DNA from: Candidatus Woesearchaeota archaeon
Lineage (GTDB): Archaea; Nanobdellota; Nanobdellia; Woesearchaeales; B54-G15
NCBI GenBank assembly: GCA_003648985.1
Contig: QMQQ01000001.1
Coordinates: 1-52,422, forward strand
Direction of reading: 5' to 3'
DNA: 52,422 nt
Positions 27,443 to 35,066 of this stretch are shown one piece after another. How positions within the stretch are numbered: the stretch's first letter is position 1; each line of letters begins with the position of its first letter. The notes beneath the pieces were generated by a model that did not search any database, was not told where the DNA came from, and saw nothing but the letters and a program-made list of their open reading frames with translations. The position numbers and the translations under genes are program-made.

Positions 27443-27846
27443 ATGAAGGAATAAGGTATTCAAAAAAGATAATGGATTTATTTTTGCATCCAAAGAATGT
27501 AGGTGAGCTAAAAGATGCTGATGGCGTTGGAAAAGTTGGCAGTGCTGTTTGCGGCGATGTAATGGTTATTTATATCAAAGTCGCTGAACAGGCTGGGAAA
27601 AAGATTATAATGGATACAAAGTTTAAAACGTTTGGTTGTGCTGCAGCTATTGCTTCGAGTTCGATGCTGACAGAGATGGTAAAAGGAAAAACACTCGAAG
27701 AAGCTGAAAAATTAACATGGAAAGATATTGAGAAGGCTCTTGATGGTTTACCTTTAGTAAAAACGCACTGTGCTGTGCTTGCTATTGATGCTTTAAAAGC
27801 CGCGATAAAAGATTACAAGCAAAAGTTAAAAGGTGAAAAAGAATGA
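27439..27846 (+). CDS. iscU: Fe-S cluster assembly scaffold IscU/NifU-like
   Basis: Three conserved Cys contexts: SAVCGDVM, FKTFGCAAAIASS, THCAVLA. Confidence 0.9.
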   Translation: MNEGIRYSKKIMDLFLHPKNVGELKDADGVGKVGSAVCGDVMVIYIKVAEQAGKKIIMDTKFKTFGCAAAIASSSMLTEMVKGKTLEEAEKLTWKDIEKALDGLPLVKTHCAVLAIDALKAAIKDYKQKLKGEKE

Positions 27847-28205
27847 TTTTTTGCTTGCCGTGTCTCGCTTTGCTTATTTACTTTTGCATTGCAGGGATAT
27901 TTGTTCCGAGATACAGGAGTTATATTAAAGAAGGTTGGAAGTGTTTTTTGGATAAGCTAAGAGGAAAACTTTGTTCTGTTTCTTTTGATAACAGAATGCG
28001 GATTGCGCTGAGCATGTGGTTAACCAGAAAAGGTTTTGTAAGACTTGGAAGATTTTTTCATAATGAGAAAAATTTCAATCTTGTATTGACAATAACGGTT
28101 GTTGTATTTACAATCGTATCGATTTATCTTTTTGTTTTGATGATAAAATTTTTAGTAGCTTCGCCATGCGCAGAAGAAGCAGGAAAATGCGTGTTTAAGA
28201 TTTAA
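27843..28205 (+). CDS. Small membrane protein co-operonic with iscSU
   Basis: 4-nt overlap with the iscU stop. It has two hydrophobic segments and Cys pairs at both ends (CLPC...; SPCAEEAGKC). Confidence 0.45.
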   Translation: MIFCLPCLALLIYFCIAGIFVPRYRSYIKEGWKCFLDKLRGKLCSVSFDNRMRIALSMWLTRKGFVRLGRFFHNEKNFNLVLTITVVVFTIVSIYLFVLMIKFLVASPCAEEAGKCVFKI

Positions 28206-28229
28206 GCATGTAAAAAAATTAACTTTTAC

Positions 28230-28475
28230 TCATATATTTTCTATAAACAAGCCAAACGAGAAGGAACCTATTAATCCAAAGAAAAATCCAACAAGAAAAG
28301 CCGATGTTCCTTTTTTCTTTGCTTTTATAGCCCACTGGTAACATTTCCACCCGCAGAGCCATCCAACGATGTTCCCTAAAATTGCCCTAAAGGAACCCAC
28401 ACCAAACATGGCTCCTGTAATAATGATTGCTGAGATTAAGGCCCAGCTAGAAATAGTATTTTTACGTCGTGGCAT
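28230..28475 (-). CDS. Small membrane protein (81 aa)
   Basis: Three hydrophobic segments. Its start codon lies 1 nt after the stop of the proposed eL41 gene. Confidence 0.45.
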   Translation of the reverse strand: MPRRKNTISSWALISAIIITGAMFGVGSFRAILGNIVGWLCGWKCYQWAIKAKKKGTSAFLVGFFFGLIGSFSFGLFIENI

Positions 28476-28476
28476 T

Positions 28477-28593
28477 TTACTTAGCTCTTTGTCTTTGTTG
28501 CTTTCTTCTTCTCTTTTCTTTTTTCATTCGTTTTCTTTGCCATTTCCAGCGCATTTGCCAGCGCTTTTTCCATCGACGTGATGAGCGTTTCAT
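28477..28593 (-). CDS. rpl41e: Ribosomal protein eL41 (38 aa; not in ORF track)
   Basis: The reverse strand gives MKRSSRRWKKRWQMRWKWQRKRMKKEKRRRKQQRQRAK*. The KRSSRRWKK...RMRWKW..KR core matches my memory of archaeal L41e sequences. A TTTTTATA-like box lies about 30 nt upstream. Confidence 0.65.
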   Translation of the reverse strand: MKRSSRRWKKRWQMRWKWQRKRMKKEKRRRKQQRQRAK

Positions 28594-28716
28594 TGTTTTC
28601 ACTTTTCGACTTTTGGGAGAGTATAAAAATTTTTTGAAATTATAAAGTAAGTAGACAGTTGATAAGATTGCTTTTATACCTTGATGGAACTTACGTTTTG
28701 TTGCTAGCGAGTGCCC

Positions 28717-29058
28717 TCACAAAAATTTGGCAAACTCTTCTTCATCAATTTTAGCTAGTTTTAGAATTCCCTTTAACGTACCTATAGGAACAACAGCCCC
28801 AACTTTACCTTCTTTTGTCGTTCTAACAAGCCTAACATAAGAACCCCTTCGTCCGCTTATCCTAGCCACCTCAAACGTGGTTAACCAAGTTCTTCTCTTT
28901 TCCTCTAGAGGAAATTCTTCCAAATAAAGTTCAGTTGCTTCTTTTAAGTTTACTATTGCTTCTTCAATAGTCCGTCCTTGACTAACTGTTCCCACCTCAG
29001 GACATTCTGCCACATACATATCTTCTTCTTTATGAATAACAGCAGTGAATGTTCCCAT
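28717..29058 (-). CDS. HicB-like antitoxin domain fused to a degenerate HicA-like C-terminal segment
   Basis: An AGGTGG RBS precedes the ATG at 29058. The N-terminal half FTAVIHKEEDMYVAECPEVGTVSQGRTIEEAIVNLKEATELYLEE is HicB/UPF0150-like. The C-terminal half RRGSYVRLVRTTKEGKVGAVVPIGTLKGILKLAKIDEEEFAKFL resembles the HicA C-terminus, with GSH replaced by GSY. Confidence 0.6.
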   Translation of the reverse strand: MGTFTAVIHKEEDMYVAECPEVGTVSQGRTIEEAIVNLKEATELYLEEFPLEEKRRTWLTTFEVARISGRRGSYVRLVRTTKEGKVGAVVPIGTLKGILKLAKIDEEEFAKFL

Positions 29059-29119
29059 CAATACCACCTAAATAATCGGAGTACTTTTAGGTATTTAAAA
29101 TTTCGCTTATTTAGTTTAA

Positions 29120-29194
29120 TGCCCCGGGCGGGATTTGAACCCGCGTCCCAGCCTCGAAAGGGCTGGATGATTGTCCGGGCTACACCACCGGGGC
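29120..29194 (-). tRNA. tRNA-Glu(UUC)
   Basis: The reverse complement reads GCCCCGG-TG-GTGT...CAGCC-CTTTCGA-GGCTG-GGAC-GCGGG-TTCAAAT-CCCGC-CCGGGGC-A. Confidence 0.9.
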
Positions 29195-29264
29195 TTTTCA
29201 GAGAAACAAGATGCTGGATTTTAAAAATTATCGGTTGGTTTAAAGTCAAAGAAGAAAAAAATGA

Positions 29265-29370
29265 TGGGCCCGCGGGGATTTGAACCCCGGACCTCCGGTT
29301 AGCCTAGACCCCTCTGTATAGAGCACGGCCATATAAGACCGGCGCTCTAACCAGGCTAAGCTACGGGCCC
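29265..29370 (-). tRNA. tRNA-Ile(UAU) with a 31-nt canonical (37/38) intron
   Basis: The reverse complement reads GGGCCCG-TA-GCTT..GAGC-G-CCGGT-CTTATA[31 nt]A-ACCGG-AGGTC-CGGGG-TTCAAAT-CCCCG-CGGGCCC-A. A BHB can be drawn: CTTA pairs with TAGG, with bulges TA|T and CT|A. Confidence 0.85.
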
Positions 29371-29377
29371 AGTTAGA

Positions 29378-29448
29378 TGCGGCGGCCGGGATTCGAACCC
29401 GGGTCTCAGCCGTGGCAGGGCTGAATTATACCACTAAACCACCGCCGC
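29378..29448 (-). tRNA. tRNA-Gly(GCC)
   Basis: The reverse complement reads GCGGCGG...CAGCC-CTGCCAC-GGCTG-AGAC-CCGGG-TTCGAAT-CCCGG-CCGCCGC-A. Confidence 0.9.
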
Positions 29449-29470
29449 ATTTTTGATGCTATGTTGCTGA

Positions 29471-29543
29471 TGGGCCCGGCCGGAATCGAACCGGCGACCT
29501 CCGCCTTGTAAGGGCGACGTCATAGCCACTAGACTACGGGCCC
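29471..29543 (-). tRNA. tRNA-Val(UAC)
   Basis: The reverse complement reads GGGCCCG-TA-GTCT..GACG-TCGCC-CTTACAA-GGCGG-AGGTC-GCCGG-TTCGATT-CCGGC-CGGGCCC-A. Confidence 0.9.
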
Positions 29544-29626
29544 TAATCTGCTGAAAGAATTCTAATGTTTTTATTTAAACTTTTTCATAGGAACATTTTT
29601 ATTCTCTTTTTGTTTCGCTAAGGCGT

Positions 29627-30388
29627 ATGAGCAAAGCTCAGCAAGAATTGATCAACCTAATCTTTGATAGAGATGATGTAAGTTGGCAGAGCATGTTGTA
29701 TGAGCTCGTAAGAACAGAGAAGATGAATCCCTGGGATATAGATATAGCTATCCTTACAAACAGATTTTTTGAACTAATTAAAACATTGAAAGAAATGGAT
29801 TTCAGGATAAGTGGAAAAGTATTGCTTGCTGCTGCTATTCTGCTCAAGCTGAAATCTGTTTATTTGATTAAAAAGGATATAGAAGAGTTTGATAGTCTAT
29901 TTGCTGAGCCAGAAGAAGAAGCATTATTCGAGGACGACTATAATGAAATTTCAGCAGAAAGAGAACGCTATAAAGGATTGCCCTTACCGCCAAGATTGCC
30001 GCAGCTAAGAAAAAGAAAAGTAAGCATTTATGAGTTGATTGATGCATTGCAAAAAGCAATGGAAGTAAAGCGAAGAAGAATCCTTAGAGAGCTGCCTCCT
30101 CCTGCAGATGTGCCAGTTCCAAAAAAAAGCTTTAATGTTACCGATGCAATAAAAAAACTATACGAAAGGATTATTTCCTTTTTTAATCTCGGAAGAAAAA
30201 TAACATTCTCTGTTCTTTGCCCGTCAAAAGAAAAGGAAGATAAAGTTTATACATTTATTCCATTGCTTCATTTAGCCAATCAAAGAAAGATTGACATTGA
30301 ACAGAAAGAACCTTTTGGAGAAATTGAAATCTATCTTAGAACTGCAAAAGCGCTTAGTGAAAAGGCATTAAAGGAACAAACTTTTTAA
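29627..30388 (+). CDS. scpA: Segregation and condensation protein A (kleisin ScpA)
   Basis: The N-terminal NPWDIDIAILTNRFFELIKTLKEMDFRISGKVLLAAAILLKLKS is characteristic of ScpA. About 250 aa. Confidence 0.8.
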   Translation: MSKAQQELINLIFDRDDVSWQSMLYELVRTEKMNPWDIDIAILTNRFFELIKTLKEMDFRISGKVLLAAAILLKLKSVYLIKKDIEEFDSLFAEPEEEALFEDDYNEISAERERYKGLPLPPRLPQLRKRKVSIYELIDALQKAMEVKRRRILRELPPPADVPVPKKSFNVTDAIKKLYERIISFFNLGRKITFSVLCPSKEKEDKVYTFIPLLHLANQRKIDIEQKEPFGEIEIYLRTAKALSEKALKEQTF

Positions 30389-30412
30389 ACAAACAGGTTG
30401 TTGTCTTGGAAT

Positions 30413-30841
30413 ATGGCAAAGGAAAAAGAAAAAGCAAAAAAAGAACTTCAAGAGAAATACATAGAATTGCAATTATTAAATCAGCATGCTCAGGAAATCC
30501 AAAAACAAATGCAAGTAGTTGAAATGCAGCTTACAAAACTGCTTTCAGCAAAAGAAGCTGTTAGCGGACTTGAAAATACAAAGATAGGAAGTGAGCTGTA
30601 TGTTCAACTTGCCCCTGGAATTTTTGTTAAAGGCGAGTTAAAGGAAAATAAAGAAGTTCAGGTAAGTGTCGGCGGCAACGTCGTTGTGCCGAAATCTATA
30701 AACGAAGCAAAAGAACTCATTGATAGACAAATAAAAGAGTTGGAAAAATTTCAGGAACAGTTGAATGCAGAATTGCAGGCAACAGCGCAAAAAGCAGTTG
30801 AAGTTGAAAAAACAATGGAAGCTCTTTCTAAAAATGTTTAG
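30413..30841 (+). CDS. pfdA: Prefoldin alpha subunit
   Basis: A coiled coil, a beta-hairpin region (LYVQLAPGIFVKGELKENKEVQVSVGGNVVV) and a second coiled coil, about 140 aa. It lies directly upstream of ftsY, as in many archaea. Confidence 0.75.
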   Translation: MAKEKEKAKKELQEKYIELQLLNQHAQEIQKQMQVVEMQLTKLLSAKEAVSGLENTKIGSELYVQLAPGIFVKGELKENKEVQVSVGGNVVVPKSINEAKELIDRQIKELEKFQEQLNAELQATAQKAVEVEKTMEALSKNV

Positions 30842-31811
30842 ATTTCTTAAAGAAAAACTCAAAAAAGCACTTGGCAGGATAAGTGAAAAAGTTGAAGAAG
30901 AGGAAGAAAAGAAAAAAGAAAAGGAAGTAAAGCGAGGGATAGTAGAAAAGATTAAAGCAAAAATTACAAAGAAAAAAATAAGTGAAGAATTATTTGAACG
31001 CTTGTTCTGGGATTTGGAGCTTTCTCTTCTCGAAAACAATACAGCTGTTGAAATTATTCAAGAGCTTAGGGAAAAGCTACGAAAGGAATTAGTCGGACGT
31101 GAAGTGAGCAGGAGCGAATTAAAATATATTATTCTTAACGCATTAAAAGACGAAATAAGTTCTGTTATAAAGGGTATTGATTTGGTTGAACTAATTAAAG
31201 AAAAGTTACAAAAGAAAAAACCATGCGTTATTTGTTTCTTTGGCGTTAATGGCAGTGGAAAAACAACAACCATAGCTAAAATAGCAAATTTGCTAAAGAA
31301 AAATGGATTGAGTGTTGTTCTTGCAGCTTCTGACACTTTTAGGGCTGCTGCTATTGATCAGTTAGAAGAGCATGCAAATCGGCTTGGTGTTAAGCTTATA
31401 AAACATCGTTATGGTGCTGATGCTGCTGCTGTCGCCTTTGATGCAATAAAACATGCTGAAGCAAAGGGTATAGATGTTGTGCTAATTGACACAGCAGGAA
31501 GAATGCATAGTGATGTAAATTTAATGGATGAAATGAAAAAGATTGTTAGGGTTGCGAAACCTGAGCTAAAAGTGTTTGTTGGTGAAAGCATAGTTGGAAA
31601 TGATTGCGTTGAACAAGCAAGAAGATTTGACCAAGCTGTTGGTATTGATGCTGTTATCTTAACAAAAGCGGATGTAGATGAAAAAGGTGGTGCTATTGTT
31701 TCGATAAGCAAGGTTGTTGGAAAGCCAATAGCTTTTCTTGGTATTGGACAAGGTTATGATGATTTAATAAAAGTAAATAAAGAGAGCATACTTCGTTCTG
31801 TCGGGATTTAA
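30834..31811 (+). CDS. ftsY: SRP receptor FtsY
   Basis: The start is at MFRFLKEKLKK (in frame within listed ORF 30765..31811). K/E-rich A region. GTPase motifs FFGVNGSGKTTT, DTAGR, TKADVDEKGG. Confidence 0.93.
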   Translation: MFRFLKEKLKKALGRISEKVEEEEEKKKEKEVKRGIVEKIKAKITKKKISEELFERLFWDLELSLLENNTAVEIIQELREKLRKELVGREVSRSELKYIILNALKDEISSVIKGIDLVELIKEKLQKKKPCVICFFGVNGSGKTTTIAKIANLLKKNGLSVVLAASDTFRAAAIDQLEEHANRLGVKLIKHRYGADAAAVAFDAIKHAEAKGIDVVLIDTAGRMHSDVNLMDEMKKIVRVAKPELKVFVGESIVGNDCVEQARRFDQAVGIDAVILTKADVDEKGGAIVSISKVVGKPIAFLGIGQGYDDLIKVNKESILRSVGI

Positions 31812-31860
31812 TGGCTAGTCTAAGAAAAATTTATTAAGAAAGAAAAGTGTCGATCTTAAA

Positions 31861-32076
31861 ATGGAAATTAGCTATGATAAAGAAGCAGATGCGATGTATA
31901 TAGAATTCCGTAAAGGTAAATTCGCTAAAAATAAAAAGATAGATGACTTTACAATCATAGATCTGGATGCTGAAGGAAATATTTTGGGTATTGAACTTCT
32001 TGAAGTGAGCAAAAGGATACCGATCGAATCTCTTACAGAAATACATGTAAAAAATTTGCTTACAGTTGCACGATAA
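31861..32076 (+). CDS. DUF2283-family small protein
   Basis: MEISYDKEADAMYIEF...IIDLDAEGNILGIELL matches the DUF2283 pattern. Confidence 0.7.
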   Translation: MEISYDKEADAMYIEFRKGKFAKNKKIDDFTIIDLDAEGNILGIELLEVSKRIPIESLTEIHVKNLLTVAR

Positions 32077-32086
32077 AACAGATCTT

Positions 32087-32191
32087 CTATAAATGGGGCC
32101 ACGGTCAAATCCTAATTAAAAATATATTTTCTGTTTTTTAGTATTCTAGGTACTGTCTTGTTCAGAGGATTTGACCAACGCTATAAATGGG
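32087..32191. repeat. MITE-like unit: 11-bp direct repeats flanking 11-bp perfect terminal inverted repeats
   Basis: CTATAAATGGG occurs at 32087..32097 and again at 32181..32191. GGTCAAATCCT (32103..32113) is the exact reverse complement of AGGATTTGACC (32166..32176). Confidence 0.35.
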
Positions 32192-32244
32192 AAAGTTTTT
32201 TAAACGGAAGTTGCTTTTCTGCTGTAAAAGAGAGGTGAAACAGA

Positions 32245-32841
32245 ATGAAATTGATAACAAAGCCTGGCGATGCGCTTAAGGCAATGAAGAAAGAAAAGAA
32301 CTTAAATAAGTCGATAGGAATTCTTGCCATAGCAGGGATCTTGTTTGGAATTTCTGTGTTAATAAGCGGAACAAGTTTAGCGAATTTAGTGCCGCAAGTA
32401 CAAGCTTGGATGACAGGAACATACTGGGCTGCATTGATCACATTCTTGTTTGTGTTTGTCGGAGGTCTTTTCCTCGGGTGGTTAGTAAAAATTGTAATGA
32501 CGACCCTTGGCTGTAAAGGAACTTATTTTGAGGGATTAACAGCAATAGCATATCCAGCATTTATGCTTTCAGTAGCAGGGATTATTTCAGCTTTAGTGAA
32601 TTATATTCCATACGTTGGTAGCATATTGGCTTTCTTGGTAACAGTAGTCTTAGCTTGTGTCGCTTTTGCATTGACTTACAGGACAATAAAGGAATTGTTT
32701 GGTACTGATGTTATAACAGCATTTATTGGAGTGTTGATAGTATGGTCTGCAGTTGCTGCTGCTGGTGCTGCAACAATTCCAGGAATAATGTTAGCAGTAG
32801 GAAAGATTCCATTCATAGCAAAAGTTCCTGGCTTGGTTTAA
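32245..32841 (+). CDS. Yip1-domain-like polytopic membrane protein
   Basis: 198 aa with a short soluble N-terminus and then 5 hydrophobic G/A-rich segments. A GAGAGGTGA RBS lies upstream. Confidence 0.45.
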   Translation: MKLITKPGDALKAMKKEKNLNKSIGILAIAGILFGISVLISGTSLANLVPQVQAWMTGTYWAALITFLFVFVGGLFLGWLVKIVMTTLGCKGTYFEGLTAIAYPAFMLSVAGIISALVNYIPYVGSILAFLVTVVLACVAFALTYRTIKELFGTDVITAFIGVLIVWSAVAAAGAATIPGIMLAVGKIPFIAKVPGLV

Positions 32842-32867
32842 ACCTTTTCTTTTTTTATTTTTTTAAA

Positions 32868-33188
32868 ATGAAAGAGATTGGTTATTATATTGGTGTTGTT
32901 GGATGTGCTGTAGTTCTTCTTTTTGGAATAGCAAGCATAATCTACGGTGTTTTGCAACCAGCTGAATTCAAGCAGTGGGGAACATATTACGGTATTTGGG
33001 GAATTGGTTGTGCTATTTTTGGATTTATGGGTTTGAGAATGACGAAAAGAAAAGCAAAAAGTTACAAAGTTGCAGGAAACCTGTTGCTGTTGATTTTTGG
33101 AATCGGCAGCGCAATAACAATGATCAGTATGTTTATCGGTCCTGCTTTAATGATTATCAGCGCGATAATTGGTTTTAAGTACAGTTAG
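32868..33188 (+). CDS. Small membrane protein (106 aa)
   Basis: The start is at MKEIGYYIGVVG (internal ATG of listed ORF 32742..33188, whose Cys/Trp-rich upstream part overlaps the previous gene). Four hydrophobic segments. Confidence 0.45.
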   Translation: MKEIGYYIGVVGCAVVLLFGIASIIYGVLQPAEFKQWGTYYGIWGIGCAIFGFMGLRMTKRKAKSYKVAGNLLLLIFGIGSAITMISMFIGPALMIISAIIGFKYS

Positions 33189-33196
33189 GAACAGGC

Positions 33197-33862
33197 TTAT
33201 GGAAATATAATTTTGTTATTGTAGAAAACTCCTTTTTTTAGCTTAACAGGTCGCCATTCGTCAAGAATTAATTCTGCTTTTAACCATGATGCAAGCTTTT
33301 TTGGATTTCCTATTGTTGCACTTAGTGCTATTAAATGTAAGTTAGGCAGTAAACGTTGAAGGATTGTTATCAGAATTTCAAGTGTTGGTCCTCTTCCAAC
33401 ATCGTTTAAAAGGTGGATTTCATCTATTATTGCAATGCCTATTTTTCTGAGCCATGGAGCATGATGCCTGATGAGGGAATCGAATTTTTCTGCTGTGCAT
33501 ACAATTAAGTCGTATTTATCAAGATAGGGATCTGCTGAATCAAGATTGCCGATTGATAAAGTGATTTTACAAAGATGAGCATATCTGTGCGTAAATAGAT
33601 CATACTTTTCATTTGCTAATGCTTTTAATGGCACAATATAAATTGCTTTTTTTCTATGCTCTAAGATTTCTTTTAGCATTGCTAGTTCAGCAACGAGTGT
33701 TTTTCCGCTTGCTGTAGGCGTGCATACGAGAAGATTTTTTCTTTTAAGCAAACCAGCTTTGATTGATTTTTCCTGACATGGAGTAAGCTTTTTTATTCCT
33801 TCTTTTTCAAGAACCGCAAAAAGTTCTTCTGGAATTTCTTTTCTTATGTCTTTTAGGAGCAT
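33197..33862 (-). CDS. Ski2/Hel308-like helicase, N-terminal RecA1 domain only (truncated or split gene)
   Basis: Q-motif LTPCQEKS, motif I CTPTASGKT, motif Ia YIVPLKALANEK, motif II DEIH and motif III LSATIGN are present. The ORF stops at 221 aa, with no RecA2, WH or ratchet domains downstream. Confidence 0.75.
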   Translation of the reverse strand: MLLKDIRKEIPEELFAVLEKEGIKKLTPCQEKSIKAGLLKRKNLLVCTPTASGKTLVAELAMLKEILEHRKKAIYIVPLKALANEKYDLFTHRYAHLCKITLSIGNLDSADPYLDKYDLIVCTAEKFDSLIRHHAPWLRKIGIAIIDEIHLLNDVGRGPTLEILITILQRLLPNLHLIALSATIGNPKKLASWLKAELILDEWRPVKLKKGVFYNNKIIFP

Positions 33863-33982
33863 TGTGCTGTTAATTTTTTCTGTTTATTTAAATTTTATAT
33901 ATCTCTGCGGCATTCTAAAATCAAAAAAATAAGGCGACTAGGAGAGAAATGTTTAAAAGCGGAGTATGTTTGAATTATAAAT

Positions 33983-34495
33983 ATGAAACAAAAACTATAT
34001 GATAAAGGAAAAGAAAAATATTCTTTAGCAAGTGCTGTTGGGCAGAACTTGTTTTTTGTGATTTACTTCGCAGTTGCCTTCATCGGAATGTCTTTCTTAC
34101 AAATCAACAACATTCCTATAGCTTCAATCATTTACGTCGCTTTTATAGGAGTAATGTTGATTTTTGTTTTGAGAAAGCATCTATGCACACATTGTTTTTA
34201 CTATGGGAAAATTTGCAATACTGGATGGGGAAAATTAGCAGCATGTTTATTCAAGAAAAATTCTGGCAATTACGAACTTGGTGGAAAACTTGCCAGTATA
34301 ACATGGATGTTGGCAATGTTTTTTCCGATTATTGGAATGGTTATTGCTTTGATATTAAACTGGTTTTCAATAACCATTACTCTGCTATTAGGAGCATTCA
34401 TTATTCTTAGTGTTGTAAATTTCTCTATTCATAAAAAATCATGTGTAAAATGTAAGATGAGGTTTGTATGTCCTGGAAGCATAGCAAAGCAATAG
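33983..34495 (+). CDS. Membrane protein with Cys motifs, unknown function
   Basis: 170 aa with 4 hydrophobic segments. Cys motifs CTHCFYYGKIC and CVKCKMRFVCPG. Confidence 0.5.
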   Translation: MKQKLYDKGKEKYSLASAVGQNLFFVIYFAVAFIGMSFLQINNIPIASIIYVAFIGVMLIFVLRKHLCTHCFYYGKICNTGWGKLAACLFKKNSGNYELGGKLASITWMLAMFFPIIGMVIALILNWFSITITLLLGAFIILSVVNFSIHKKSCVKCKMRFVCPGSIAKQ

Positions 34496-34496
34496 T

Positions 34497-35012
34497 ATGC
34501 AACCGAAGTTGAAAATTATGCAAAAGAAAAGTATTGGTCACTTAATTGGTCACATAGCCTATATTTTTTTATACGGGGTATTGGTAATATCTACAGTTTT
34601 TCTTTACAATTCTGCTAATTTAGTAAAATTACTATACACGGGATGGGTGATCTTGACACTCGGGATTGTTTTTCTATTGTGGTCGAGCAAATCACGAAAG
34701 AAGGGGCATACAGAAGATAACTCTAGTAGAAAAGCTCTTGTTGAAAGTGGCATGTATGCTTTTGTCCGCCATCCAGAATTCTTGGGTCATATATTGATAA
34801 TTTTTGCGCTTGTTATTATTTCACAGCACTTGATCTGCTTGATTACTGGAGCAATCTTAATTGTTTTACTATGCCTTGCAATAATAGAAGAGGAAAAGAG
34901 AAACATAAAAAAGTTTGGCGATTCATACAGGGATTATATGAAGAGAGTTCCGAGAATAAATTTAATCGTAGGGATTATTAAACACAGCAAGAGCAAAAGA
35001 AAAAAGACGTGA
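34497..35012 (+). CDS. Isoprenylcysteine carboxyl / phospholipid methyltransferase-family membrane protein
   Basis: GMYAFVRHPEFLGHILIIFAL matches the ICMT/PEMT-family G.Y..vRHP.Y motif. 4-5 TM segments. Confidence 0.65.
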   Translation: MQPKLKIMQKKSIGHLIGHIAYIFLYGVLVISTVFLYNSANLVKLLYTGWVILTLGIVFLLWSSKSRKKGHTEDNSSRKALVESGMYAFVRHPEFLGHILIIFALVIISQHLICLITGAILIVLLCLAIIEEEKRNIKKFGDSYRDYMKRVPRINLIVGIIKHSKSKRKKT

Positions 35013-35066
35013 TGCTTCTGCTTTAAACCCCAACATTTAAATATAAAAACATTTTCTGGTGACAAA

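Noticed and set aside
30765-30833. Upstream 23 codons of the listed FtsY ORF, and TTG-extended starts of pfdA (30398), eS19 (47933) and the ORF at 5099
   Set aside because: The extensions overlap the preceding genes or lack RBS support. Internal ATGs give canonical N-termini (MFRFLKEKL, MAKEKEK, MVGVFDV, MKKIFAVF).
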